This document shows, piece after piece, positions 10,143-18,922 of a stretch of DNA of 62,363 nucleotides. The stretch is from positions 24,540 through 86,902 of the forward strand of contig CAZYQT010000002.1 of NCBI GenBank assembly GCA_964650255.1, in the 5' to 3' direction. Position 1 is the stretch's first letter. Each line of letters begins with the position of its first letter. A program made the position numbers and the translations under genes. Origin of the DNA: an uncultured Candidatus Saccharibacteria bacterium. Its GTDB lineage: Bacteria > Patescibacteriota > Doudnabacteria > UBA920. The notes beneath the pieces are model-generated. The model was not told the origin of the DNA. It ran no database searches and was given only the letters and a program-made list of their open reading frames with translations.

Positions 10143-10528
10143 GATATACCAAAGAACAGTACGCGCAAGCGCTATACGAATCACTCCAAGACACCGCCCC
10201 GCGTAGCCATGACACTGTCATAGATAACTTTATCAAAACTTTAAAGAATAACGGCGATTTGGGAAGTTACGAAGCGATCATTGAAACCTACGAAGCTTAC
10301 GATAAAGAACAGCGCGGAGTAACAGAGGTAGAAGTAACCACAGCCGGCGCAACTATTAATAAAACCTTACTGAACGATTTGAACAAACTAGTCGGCAAAG
10401 ATGCCGAAGTAATTCACAAGACTGATGATAAAATAGTCGGCGGAGTGGTCATCCGCATTGACGATACGTTAATAGATGGCAGCATCAAACATCAACTAAA
10501 TAACTTAGGTAACACACTAAAAGAATAA
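10139..10528 (+). CDS. atpH: F0F1 ATP synthase subunit delta (OSCP), short form
   Basis: Operon position, ATGA overlap with atpF, and a C-terminal [20 protein letters not shown] motif. It is only 129 aa. Confidence 0.7.
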   Translation: MRYTKEQYAQALYESLQDTAPRSHDTVIDNFIKTLKNNGDLGSYEAIIETYEAYDKEQRGVTEVEVTTAGATINKTLLNDLNKLVGKDAEVIHKTDDKIVGGVVIRIDDTLIDGSIKHQLNNLGNTLKE

Positions 10529-10530
10529 TT

Positions 10531-12042
10531 ATGGCAAACGCACAACACATTGTAGATAAATTAAAAGAACAAATTGCAGGTTTCGAACCATCTGTTTCTG
10601 TAGAAAAAGTCGGGACTGTATTAGAGGTTGGCGATGGCATTGCCCGCGTTGCTGGACTTTCTAGCGTAAAAAGCATGGAAATGCTTGATTTTGGTCATGG
10701 TATTAGTGGTGTGGCCTTGAACTTGGAAGAACACTCTGTTGGTGCCATTATTTTGGGTGAATTTCATCATATTAAACAAGGAGACACAGTTCGCTCCACT
10801 GGGAAGATTTTGTCTGTCCCAGTTGGCGATGCGTTAATTGGTCGGGTGTTGTCAGGGCTCGGTGAGCCAAAAGACGGTAAAGGTGAAGTTGTTGCCACAG
10901 ATTACTACCCTGTAGAAAAAATTGCACCTGGTGTAATTACTCGTCAGAGTGTGCACCAGCCGGTGCAAACTGGAATTAAAGCTATTGATGCGCTTATTCC
11001 AATTGGTCGTGGCCAACGTGAATTGATTATTGGTGATCGTCAAACCGGAAAAACTGCTGTGGCGATTGACACAATTTTAAACCAACACGACCAAAACATG
11101 ATTTGTGTGTACGTTGGTATTGGTCAAAAGGAAAGTAAGATTGCGAAGATTGTGGCTGAGCTAGAAGAACGTGGTGCAATGGAATACACTATTGTGGTTT
11201 CTGTTGGTGCGTCTGAACCAGCAGCGCTATCTTACATTGCTCCTTACGCAGCGACTTCCATGGCTGAATACTTTATGGATCAAGGCAAGGATGTATTGAT
11301 TGTTTATGATGATCTTTCCAAGCAAGCTGTTGCATATCGCGAAATTTCTTTGTTGCTCCGCCGTCCACCTGGGCGCGAAGCTTATCCTGGAGATGTATTC
11401 TATCTACACTCTCGTCTCTTGGAACGTGCTGCAAAAATGAATGCTGATAACGGCGGTGGTTCTATTACAGCGCTTCCAATTATTGAAACTCAAGCTGGAG
11501 ATATTTCCGCTTACATTCCAACAAACGTAATTTCTATTACCGATGGTCAGATTTTCTTGGAAGGTGATTTGTTCTACAAAGGCATTCGTCCGGCTGTGAA
11601 CGTTGGTACATCTGTGTCTCGTGTAGGTTCTAGCGCGCAAACTAAAGCTATTAAAAAAGTAGCAGGAAAGTTGAAGTTGTCTTTGGCGCAGTTCCGTGAA
11701 CTTGAAGCGTTCGCTCAATTCGGTTCCGATCTTGATGAAGCGACTCGTGACCAACTTGAACTCGGCCGTCGACTTACAGAACTTTTGAAGCAACCGCAAT
11801 ACTCTCCAGTACCAATGGAAAAACAAGTTGCGATTCTGTATGCAGTTAACAACGGTCTTCTAAATGATATTGATGTAGACAAGTTGCAACAGTTTGAAAA
11901 AGATTTCTACGACTACATGGATGCTCAAGGAAAAGATGTCTTAACCGGAATCCGCGAAACGAAAGATCTGTCTGAAGATTTAGAAAAAAAACTGAAGGCC
12001 TCGATTGAGACCTTCAAGAGTGGGTGGAACGACGTACGATAA
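10531..12042 (+). CDS. atpA: F0F1 ATP synthase subunit alpha
   Basis: Walker [31 protein letters not shown], 503 aa. Confidence 0.97.
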   Translation: MANAQHIVDKLKEQIAGFEPSVSVEKVGTVLEVGDGIARVAGLSSVKSMEMLDFGHGISGVALNLEEHSVGAIILGEFHHIKQGDTVRSTGKILSVPVGDALIGRVLSGLGEPKDGKGEVVATDYYPVEKIAPGVITRQSVHQPVQTGIKAIDALIPIGRGQRELIIGDRQTGKTAVAIDTILNQHDQNMICVYVGIGQKESKIAKIVAELEERGAMEYTIVVSVGASEPAALSYIAPYAATSMAEYFMDQGKDVLIVYDDLSKQAVAYREISLLLRRPPGREAYPGDVFYLHSRLLERAAKMNADNGGGSITALPIIETQAGDISAYIPTNVISITDGQIFLEGDLFYKGIRPAVNVGTSVSRVGSSAQTKAIKKVAGKLKLSLAQFRELEAFAQFGSDLDEATRDQLELGRRLTELLKQPQYSPVPMEKQVAILYAVNNGLLNDIDVDKLQQFEKDFYDYMDAQGKDVLTGIRETKDLSEDLEKKLKASIETFKSGWNDVR

Positions 12043-12288
12043 TTACTTTGGTTTTCGAGTGACTACTCTGAAAAGAAGAGCGGCCGCGATGAAGACCAAA
12101 CCAATTGTCACATCATAATAAATATCTCGGTAGATATTCGCTGTCGCATAGTCGTTGTATTGCCAATGTCCCAAGGATCTGGCTCCCAAAAAAGCTTGAA
12201 AGAAATAGTATAGCCCTGCGAGATTAAGGAATACCCCAACTAAGTGAAGACAGTTTTCAAGAATCCTCCACATATCGTTTACCTCCAA
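12043..12288 (-). CDS. Small two-TM membrane protein, antisense insertion inside the atp operon
   Basis: 81-codon ORF whose stop (12043-12045) abuts the atpA stop (12040-12042). Two hydrophobic helices. No homology recognised. Confidence 0.4.
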   Translation of the reverse strand: MEVNDMWRILENCLHLVGVFLNLAGLYYFFQAFLGARSLGHWQYNDYATANIYRDIYYDVTIGLVFIAAALLFRVVTRKPK

Positions 12289-12303
12289 TCAGGGATAATA
12301 CAA

Positions 12304-12332
12304 TTGAACAGCCATATTGTCAACCATATAAA
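12304..12332 (+). promoter_or_regulatory. Internal promoter for atpGDC (TTGAAC-17-TATAAA)
   Basis: TTGAAC at 12304-12309 and TATAAA at 12327-12332, which lies 7 nt before the atpG ATG (12340). No SD. Confidence 0.45.
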
Positions 12333-12339
12333 CTAACAA

Positions 12340-13215
12340 ATGCCATCAACACAAGAATTAACCAGACGAATAAAATCCATTAAAAGCACGCGGAAGATTA
12401 CGCGCGCTATGCAAATGGTGTCTGCGGCTAAGATGCGCAAGGCTCAAAACGCCACGCTCGCTAGCCGCAATTACGCTCAACTCGCATCAGAGTTGATTGC
12501 TGGTATTGGTAATGTTGAAAAATACGAAAACCCGTTGTTGGCAGAATATCCGAATGCCAAAAAAGTTGGCGTACTATTAATTACTACAAACAGGGGATTA
12601 GTTGGCGGCTTTAACACCAACTTGATGAACAAAGTTCGCGAACTCAGACTTGACGAACCGGAATTAATATCAGAACTCATCTCTGTGGGTAAAAAAGGAG
12701 CAGATGGAATTAGTAGGACTGAATGGCCACTGCTTGCTAAATTCCCTAAACACGACAGTACCGAGCTAGTAAAAGATGTTTACCCCATAGTGCAGCTCAT
12801 CACCGATAGCTTCAAGAGCGGGGAGTATCGAAAAATATTAGTAGTATATAATCACTTTGTCTCAACCCTGGAGCAAAGACCAACCGCGAAAGTACTGCTG
12901 CCGTTCAGCTGGGAATCCGAGGCAACAGAAGATAAAGAAAATATAAACACCTGGACGCAAACGTTCGAACCAGATCGCAGAAAAGTTCTTGAACATCTTC
13001 TCCCGCGAGTACTCGAAAGCCAGATCTACCAAGCAATTCTGGAAAGTGATGCCTCAGAACACAGCGCCCGCATGGTAATGATGAAAAACGCTACGGAAGC
13101 AGCGGGAGAGCTAATTGATGACCTCACCTTAACGTATAACCAACTTAGACAAAATAAGATTACGACCGAGCTATCGGAAATTACCGCTGGCAGGATCGCC
13201 CTAGAAAGTAATTAG
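12340..13215 (+). CDS. atpG: F0F1 ATP synthase subunit gamma
   Basis: N-terminal RRIKSIKSTRKITRAMQMVSAAKMRKAQ and C-terminal LTLTYNQLRQNKITTELSEI are signatures of gamma. Confidence 0.9.
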   Translation: MPSTQELTRRIKSIKSTRKITRAMQMVSAAKMRKAQNATLASRNYAQLASELIAGIGNVEKYENPLLAEYPNAKKVGVLLITTNRGLVGGFNTNLMNKVRELRLDEPELISELISVGKKGADGISRTEWPLLAKFPKHDSTELVKDVYPIVQLITDSFKSGEYRKILVVYNHFVSTLEQRPTAKVLLPFSWESEATEDKENINTWTQTFEPDRRKVLEHLLPRVLESQIYQAILESDASEHSARMVMMKNATEAAGELIDDLTLTYNQLRQNKITTELSEITAGRIALESN

Positions 13216-14637
<1,422 letters not shown>

Positions 14638-14645
14638 ACCATAAA

Positions 14646-15113
14646 ATGGCAAAATTACAGATCCAATTAGTGACCCCGGAACGAAGAGTACTTACTGAAG
14701 AAGTGGCTAGTTTATCATGCCCGACTACTGATGGCCAAATAACGATCCTCCCGGGACACTCTCCGCTCGTAGCTACCCTAACTAGTGGGGAGCTTGTAGC
14801 AAAGGCTGGGGGTAGAGAAAATGGCGAGGACCACAATATCCACGTTGCGGGTGGTTTCGTTCAAGTTCAGAGTGGGGGCAAGGAAATTATAATCTTGGCC
14901 GATGCCGCCGAACATTTTTATGAAATTGATGTTGCTCGTGCCGAAGAAGCCAAACAGGAAGCGGAAAAGATTTTGCGCGAACAAAACTTATCTGATGAAG
15001 AATATGCAATGGCAGCAGTTTGGTTACAAAGAAGTTTAAGTCGAATTAACATTGCACGGAAACACGCACACCGCAAAACCAGAATTACTAGTGAAGGTGT
15101 TTTCCATGAATAA
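14646..15113 (+). CDS. atpC: F0F1 ATP synthase subunit epsilon (C-terminally extended)
   Basis: Operon position and an N-terminal beta-sandwich motif (LVTPER...G.ITILPGHSPLV). Confidence 0.85.
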   Translation: MAKLQIQLVTPERRVLTEEVASLSCPTTDGQITILPGHSPLVATLTSGELVAKAGGRENGEDHNIHVAGGFVQVQSGGKEIIILADAAEHFYEIDVARAEEAKQEAEKILREQNLSDEEYAMAAVWLQRSLSRINIARKHAHRKTRITSEGVFHE

Positions 15114-15118
15114 ACTTT

Positions 15119-15781
15119 ATGAATAAGTTTATAGTTCCAAAAATTGCATCAAAAATTCATAACATAATCAGTTTTGGTTTTCCCAAAACTTTTTTTGTAG
15201 GTGGTGCAGTGAGAAATTTTCTCTTGGGTAAAAAAATAATTGATGTAGATATTGCCACCAGTGCCACACCAAAACAAATCATTAAACTGCTTGAGCAAAA
15301 TAAAATTAAATACAACTCCAAGCACGCAAAATTTGGAGTCATAATTGCAGAGGGGATAGAGATTACCACCTTTAGAAAAGATCACTATTCAGCCAGCAGA
15401 TACCCCACAGTGGTATTCACCAGGTCTGCTAAAACCGACAGTATTAGGCGGGATTTTACCATAAATGCTCTGTACTACAACCCTATTACTAAGGAGCTCC
15501 TAGACTTTTACGGAGGCACTAAAGACATTAAAAAAAGACTCATCCGTTTCATTGGTGACCCTGCTAAAAGAATTACGGAAGACCCTCTACGGATAGTTCG
15601 TGCGTACCGTTTTTCACTTCAGTATAAATTAAAGTTTGCAAAAGAAACTGAGCAAGCCTTAAAACTTAACATGCATTTGTTAAAAAATATTTCTCAAACT
15701 CGTCTTGCAAAAGAAATTAATTGTCTTGCATCAAAAAATTTACAAAAACAGTTGCAAAAAGTTATACACAACATCTATTGA
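15119..15781 (+). CDS. Short tRNA nucleotidyltransferase / poly(A) polymerase-family protein (head and neck only)
   Basis: GGAVRNFLLG, DVDIAT, RRDFTINAL and EDPLRIVRAYRF motifs in order. It is only 220 aa, so the body and tail domains of full-length CCA enzymes (about 400 aa) are absent. Confidence 0.7.
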   Translation: MNKFIVPKIASKIHNIISFGFPKTFFVGGAVRNFLLGKKIIDVDIATSATPKQIIKLLEQNKIKYNSKHAKFGVIIAEGIEITTFRKDHYSASRYPTVVFTRSAKTDSIRRDFTINALYYNPITKELLDFYGGTKDIKKRLIRFIGDPAKRITEDPLRIVRAYRFSLQYKLKFAKETEQALKLNMHLLKNISQTRLAKEINCLASKNLQKQLQKVIHNIY

Positions 15782-15949
15782 CTAATGCTTGCATAAAATT
15801 TTATAATGGTATCAGTCCAAATTATCGAAAGCGAAACAGAAATTCTTGATTGCACAAAACAAAAAACAGTGCGATAAGAAATACAATCGCAAAATTATTT
15901 GTACTACTTAGCCTTCGCAAGTTTCTTGCGAGGAAGTAGAAATTAAATT

Positions 15950-15975
15950 GAGATAAATCAAAATAAATTTATCTC
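15950..15975 (+). promoter_or_regulatory. Perfect 9-bp inverted repeat abutting the SD of the Lys/Ala-rich gene
   Basis: GAGATAAAT (15950-15958), an 8-nt loop, then ATTTATCTC (15967-15975), immediately followed by AGGAG (15976-15980). Could be an operator or an RBS-proximal RNA hairpin. Confidence 0.4.
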
Positions 15976-15990
15976 AGGAGACTAGCCACA

Positions 15991-16140
15991 ATGGCCGCAA
16001 AAAAGAGAAAAGCTGCAAAGCGCCCAGCTAAGAAAGCTGCAAAGCGCAAGCCAGCTAAGCGTAAGGCTGCAAAGCGCCCAGCTAAGAAAGCTGCAAAGCG
16101 CCCAGCAAAACGCAAAGCCGCTAAGAAGCGCCGTCGTTAA
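15991..16140 (+). CDS. 49-aa Lys/Ala/Pro/Arg-rich basic protein (histone H1 / AlgP-like repeats); absent from the ORF track
   Basis: ATG 15991 sits 10 nt after AGGAG, with TAA at 16138-16140. Product MAAKKRKAAKRPAKKAAKRKPAKRKAAKRPAKKAAKRPAKRKAAKKRRR. A strong terminator follows. The 79-aa minus-strand ORF listed here is its antisense shadow. Confidence 0.6.
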   Translation: MAAKKRKAAKRPAKKAAKRKPAKRKAAKRPAKKAAKRPAKRKAAKKRRR

Positions 16141-16165
16141 TTCGCGAGCTTCGAAGCATCGCAGG

Positions 16166-16195
16166 ACCGCCCCGAAAGGGCGGTTTTGTGTTTTT
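16166..16195 (+). terminator. Rho-independent terminator
   Basis: ACCGCCC-cgaaa-GGGCGGT followed by TTTTGTGTTTTT. Confidence 0.75.
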
Positions 16196-16250
16196 CCAGA
16201 TATAATGCTAAAATCATCCAAAGTACAAAATTGGAGGATTTACAAGTCAA

Positions 16251-16538
16251 ATGATCGAATTATCGAGAATTAAAATTCTTGCAGATAAATATGCAGAAAT
16301 GTTGCGAGCACTCGGTTACGAACCGGTGCAGCTTCCTATCACCAAGTTTCCGGAGAGCCATAGACAAGCCCTCAACCATGCTCTGTGGTTAGCAGAAGTA
16401 CGCATTCCAGGACTTCTGGCTGGGGAAACTGAAAAAGCCCAAGCCCGCCTAAAGATCATAGAAACCACCTTTTGGTTCACGAAAATATATACACCTGCCG
16501 ATCTCGACAAGATCAAAGCTCGATTACTAACAACTTAG
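16251..16538 (+). CDS. Hypothetical protein
   Basis: 95-aa ORF with SD GGAGGA at 16233-16238 and TATAAT at 16201-16206. No domain recognised. Confidence 0.45.
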   Translation: MIELSRIKILADKYAEMLRALGYEPVQLPITKFPESHRQALNHALWLAEVRIPGLLAGETEKAQARLKIIETTFWFTKIYTPADLDKIKARLLTT

Positions 16539-16570
16539 GCCGCCCGTGGGCCTATTTCTTTTTATTTTAT
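16536..16570 (+). terminator. Rho-independent terminator
   Basis: TAGGCC ... GGCCTA hairpin followed by a T-rich run. Confidence 0.5.
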
Positions 16571-16580
16571 TTTACATGTC

Positions 16581-16609
16581 TTGCCAAAAACACTGCTAAA
16601 TGCTATAAT
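16581..16609 (+). promoter_or_regulatory. Promoter of the intron-containing initiator tRNA (TTGCCA-17-TGcTATAAT)
   Basis: TTGCCA at 16581-16586 and TGCTATAAT at 16601-16609. The tRNA 5' end is at 16636. Confidence 0.6.
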
Positions 16610-16668
16610 CTTCAAGTATCAATTGATATAAATGACGCGGGGTAGAGCAATTGGCAGCTCGCAAGGCT

Positions 16669-17318
16669 CAATCTCGAGGTAAGACATTTCTATGATTACC
16701 AAGCAAAAAGGCGATATAGCAGAGCAAGCCGCAATTCTTCGGTTATTAGAATACGGTTGGGGAGTCTCAAAACCAATAGGTGACAGACTTTCTTACGATC
16801 TAATAGCTGACGTAAACGGCAAACTAATCAAGCTTCAAGTCAAATCAGCTTGGTTTAATTCTCATGATCAAAACTTTTGTATTGATGTAAGGAGAACCAA
16901 AACCAATCGCCGAAATATGATTCGAAGTTTGTATGCAAAAACAGATTTTGATTTTGCACTTATATATCTTCCAGAGATCAGCATATTTTATGTGATTCCT
17001 GTCGAGGCCTTTGTAAACTTTGGTAGCACGCTTTCTTTAGTGGAAGCTGATAAACGTCAGCGAAAACCAAAATCAGCAGTGTATCGAGAAAATTTTGATC
17101 TTATCTCACTATGGGCTGCGTCAAAGGTAACTTTGACGTGAACCCTATCAAATTCGGGGAACCCTTTAAAATGGCAATCCCGAGCCAAGCCTAATTTATT
17201 TAGGAAGGTGTAGAGACTTAATGGTAGGCATCCTAATTTGGCTTTAGCTAGATGGATGAAGAGAAAGTCCAGACCATCAAATTCGCTTAGGCGAAGCAGT
17301 GAAAACTGTAGTGGTATG
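16669..17318 (+). mobile_element. Group I intron (IC3-like core) carrying a homing-endonuclease ORF
   Basis: The core strings CAAATTCGGGGAA, ATGGCAATCCCGAGCCAAGCC and GAAGGTGTAGAGACTTAATGG closely match the Azoarcus/Anabaena tRNA intron core as I remember it. Guide sequence TATGGGCT (17110-17117) pairs with both exon ends, P2 is a GUAA hairpin at 17119-17138, and the terminal G is at 17318. Confidence 0.75.
16692..17141 (+). CDS. Intron-encoded PD-(D/E)XK homing endonuclease (I-Ssp6803I-like)
   Basis: 149 aa. KGDIAEQAAILRLLEYGWGV...SYDLIADVNGKLIKLQVKS gives the E11 / D36 / Q49-x-K51 arrangement of the small intron-associated PD-(D/E)XK nuclease family. Its size and host gene (tRNA-fMet) match the cyanobacterial precedent. 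Confidence 0.65.
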   Translation: MITKQKGDIAEQAAILRLLEYGWGVSKPIGDRLSYDLIADVNGKLIKLQVKSAWFNSHDQNFCIDVRRTKTNRRNMIRSLYAKTDFDFALIYLPEISIFYVIPVEAFVNFGSTLSLVEADKRQRKPKSAVYRENFDLISLWAASKVTLT

Positions 17319-17380
17319 CATAACCTTGAGGTTCCGGGTTCGAATCCCGGCCCCGCAACCAACCAAAGCGTCTTAAAAAT

Positions 17381-17402
17381 CACCCCATGGGGTGTTTTTT
17401 GT
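17381..17402 (+). terminator. Rho-independent terminator after the tRNA
   Basis: CACCCC-at-GGGGTG followed by TTTTTTGTTTT. Confidence 0.65.
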
Positions 17403-17444
17403 TTTATCTAAAAGGAAAAACGCAAACCATATGTCGCGCAATGT

Positions 17445-17457
17445 GGTTCGAATCCCG
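17445..17457 (+). repeat. Orphan tRNA T-arm fragment (GGTTCGAATCCCG), a repeat of 17337-17349
   Basis: 13-nt identity with the T-arm of the upstream tRNA-fMet, about 95 nt past its 3' end, with no surrounding cloverleaf. Confidence 0.35.
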
Positions 17458-17482
17458 AAAGGGTTATTGACAATTCAAAATT

Positions 17483-17641
17483 CTATTTTTTAAATCGTTT
17501 TTCCCATTCATCACGAAGATTTTCGTCTTCGTTTTTTGTTTCTGTTTCGTCTGCTTTTCGTTTGACGATCTCCCAAACGATTTTGACATACGCTTCCAGA
17601 TTGTTTCTCGATTCTTGATCGAGATCATTATCTTCTTTCAT
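17483..17641 (-). CDS. Small acidic protein (52 aa), not in the ORF track
   Basis: Reverse-strand ATG (CAT at 17639-17641) to TAG (CTA at 17483-17485). Product MKEDNDLDQESRNNLEAYVKIVWEIVKRKADETETKNEDENLRDEWEKRFKK. Confidence 0.25.
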   Translation of the reverse strand: MKEDNDLDQESRNNLEAYVKIVWEIVKRKADETETKNEDENLRDEWEKRFKK

Positions 17642-17713
17642 AGCGCCTCAGTGTAGCGCCGCTAGGATATTTTAAAAAGGCCTGTTTCCGCGCTAGTAGA
17701 AAGTAAATAAAAT

Positions 17714-17739
17714 GACTCCGTTCTGTGAAGAACGGAGTC
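17714..17739 (-). terminator. Terminator of the 305-aa orphan gene
   Basis: Perfect 10-bp stem GACTCCGTTC / GAACGGAGTC with a 6-nt loop. On the minus strand it is followed by TTTTATTTACTT. Confidence 0.7.
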
Positions 17740-17763
17740 GAAGTTACTCACCTAAGTGAGATG

Positions 17764-18681
17764 CTATGGAAACAGCTTGTTGCGATCAAAGTAATAGCCG
17801 CTGACGATGTTGTCGTAACCCTCATGGGCCACAGTCAGGAGTTGGTTATGAGCCGCCTCGTGTATAGTCCTCAGGTTGCAACGTTTTTCCGGGTGGATAA
17901 AGATGGGGGATAGTTCTCCCCCTAAGCCGCAAGTACAACGTAGAGGGATGGTCTCAACAGCTTTGATTTCAAAGCGAGCATTTTGCCAATTCTTGCCACG
18001 AAACCAATGTGGTCCTTCACCATCACGGACATCAGGATTACCGGTAACGATGTCACCGACCTTGAAGTCCCTATATCGAGCTATCCTCTCATTCCATTTA
18101 TAACGATGCTGAAGGTTCTCTTCCCATGATTTGTCCAAGGCATAGCCGAGCTCTCTTTGTGCTTTTGCGTAGAAGCCAGCTTCAAGCCTATGGCGATACA
18201 CGGGTACCTGATACGTCTGACTTAAGAAGCTAATAACGCACTCGAGATCATTATTGGGGCCGGAACCCATGTAGTAGGTGCAGCCGCCTGTCATATACAA
18301 ACGGTTACGTACACATACTTCATAATAAACATCTTGCCGTTCGCCTTCTTCGAAGTCTGGACAGGGAGCAGAGGTCACTCTTATGAAGCTAACACTCTTA
18401 TTGCTCTGTTGATCGGCCATCGCACCATGCGAGTCGTATAGTTCATAACCGATCATACGGATCATACAAGCTAATGCTTGTTGTTCACCTGGGTGACCGA
18501 TAAACTCTACGCGACCGGGGTTTCCGTACAATGCATCTGTTTTCGGCAGTTTCATTCCGAAAGGATGCGTTCCGCCTTCCAAGTCAGCATAGGCAAAACT
18601 CGGGAGATTAGATGAACAGCTTGCTTCTTTAAGCAACCGTGTAAAGCCATGCCTTGCACGATCTGTTTTACTTATTTCCAT
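17764..18681 (-). CDS. Orphan Cys-rich 305-aa protein (contains an HEAAH string)
   Basis: Long ORF with its own terminator. Its codon choice looks more G+C-rich than the surroundings. There is an HExxH-like HEAAH near the C-terminus and several Cys. I do not recognise a family. Confidence 0.55.
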   Translation of the reverse strand: MEISKTDRARHGFTRLLKEASCSSNLPSFAYADLEGGTHPFGMKLPKTDALYGNPGRVEFIGHPGEQQALACMIRMIGYELYDSHGAMADQQSNKSVSFIRVTSAPCPDFEEGERQDVYYEVCVRNRLYMTGGCTYYMGSGPNNDLECVISFLSQTYQVPVYRHRLEAGFYAKAQRELGYALDKSWEENLQHRYKWNERIARYRDFKVGDIVTGNPDVRDGEGPHWFRGKNWQNARFEIKAVETIPLRCTCGLGGELSPIFIHPEKRCNLRTIHEAAHNQLLTVAHEGYDNIVSGYYFDRNKLFP

Positions 18682-18922
18682 TGATTTACACTCCTAAGGG
18701 TTGTGGGCTAGGAAGGTAGCCTAAAGGCTTCCATCCCGCGTTCCCTGCTGCGCGAGAAACAAGCCAATCAATGGATTTTTGATTTCCTATAATTATAACA
18801 TATTAAAGGGTTTATGTCAATACTTACAGGATAGCTCTTCTTAATAATGGGTCTTGTGAGAATCTTCCAAGGGACGTAAAATTTAATGGAACATCCAACA
18901 TTAACAACCGAGTTCCTGATAA

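Larger units (their letters stand above)
16636..17361 (+). tRNA. Initiator tRNA-fMet (CAU) interrupted in the anticodon loop by a group I intron; exons 16636-16668 and 17319-17361
   Basis: The joined exons give a 76-nt cloverleaf. It has a C1 x A72 mismatch (CGCGGGG / CCCCGCA), an A11:U24 D-stem pair, anticodon stem CAAGG/CCTTG, loop CT|CATAA, T-arm CCGGG-TTCGAAT-CCCGG, discriminator A and encoded CCA. Confidence 0.8.

Noticed and set aside
15991-16140. Periodic DNA repeats (gctgcaaagcgcccagctaagaaa...) as a tandem repeat or CRISPR-like array.
   Set aside because: The periodicity is in-frame coding repetition, flanked by an SD and a terminator, with no spacer-like unique segments. I saw no CRISPR array anywhere in the window.
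15982-16221. 79-aa minus-strand ORF in the track (MDDFSIISGK...LCSFLSWALCS...).
   Set aside because: It is the antisense shadow of the repetitive Lys/Ala-rich plus-strand gene. It has no SD, a repetitive Cys/Leu/Ser composition produced by reading AAG/GCT repeats backwards, and it spans the plus-strand terminator.
16662-16674. Reading the 5' half alone as tRNA-Leu(CAA), because CTCAA follows the anticodon stem.
   Set aside because: No matching 3' stem follows locally. The only complementary CCTTG, T-arm and acceptor lie 650 nt downstream. The guide-sequence pairing and terminal G fix the junction as CT|CATAA, which gives anticodon CAU.
17057-17383. 108-aa minus-strand ORF.
   Set aside because: It lies entirely over the group I intron catalytic core and the 3' exon of the tRNA. 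Its sequence (…GFEPGTSRL…) is simply the antisense of the tRNA T-arm.
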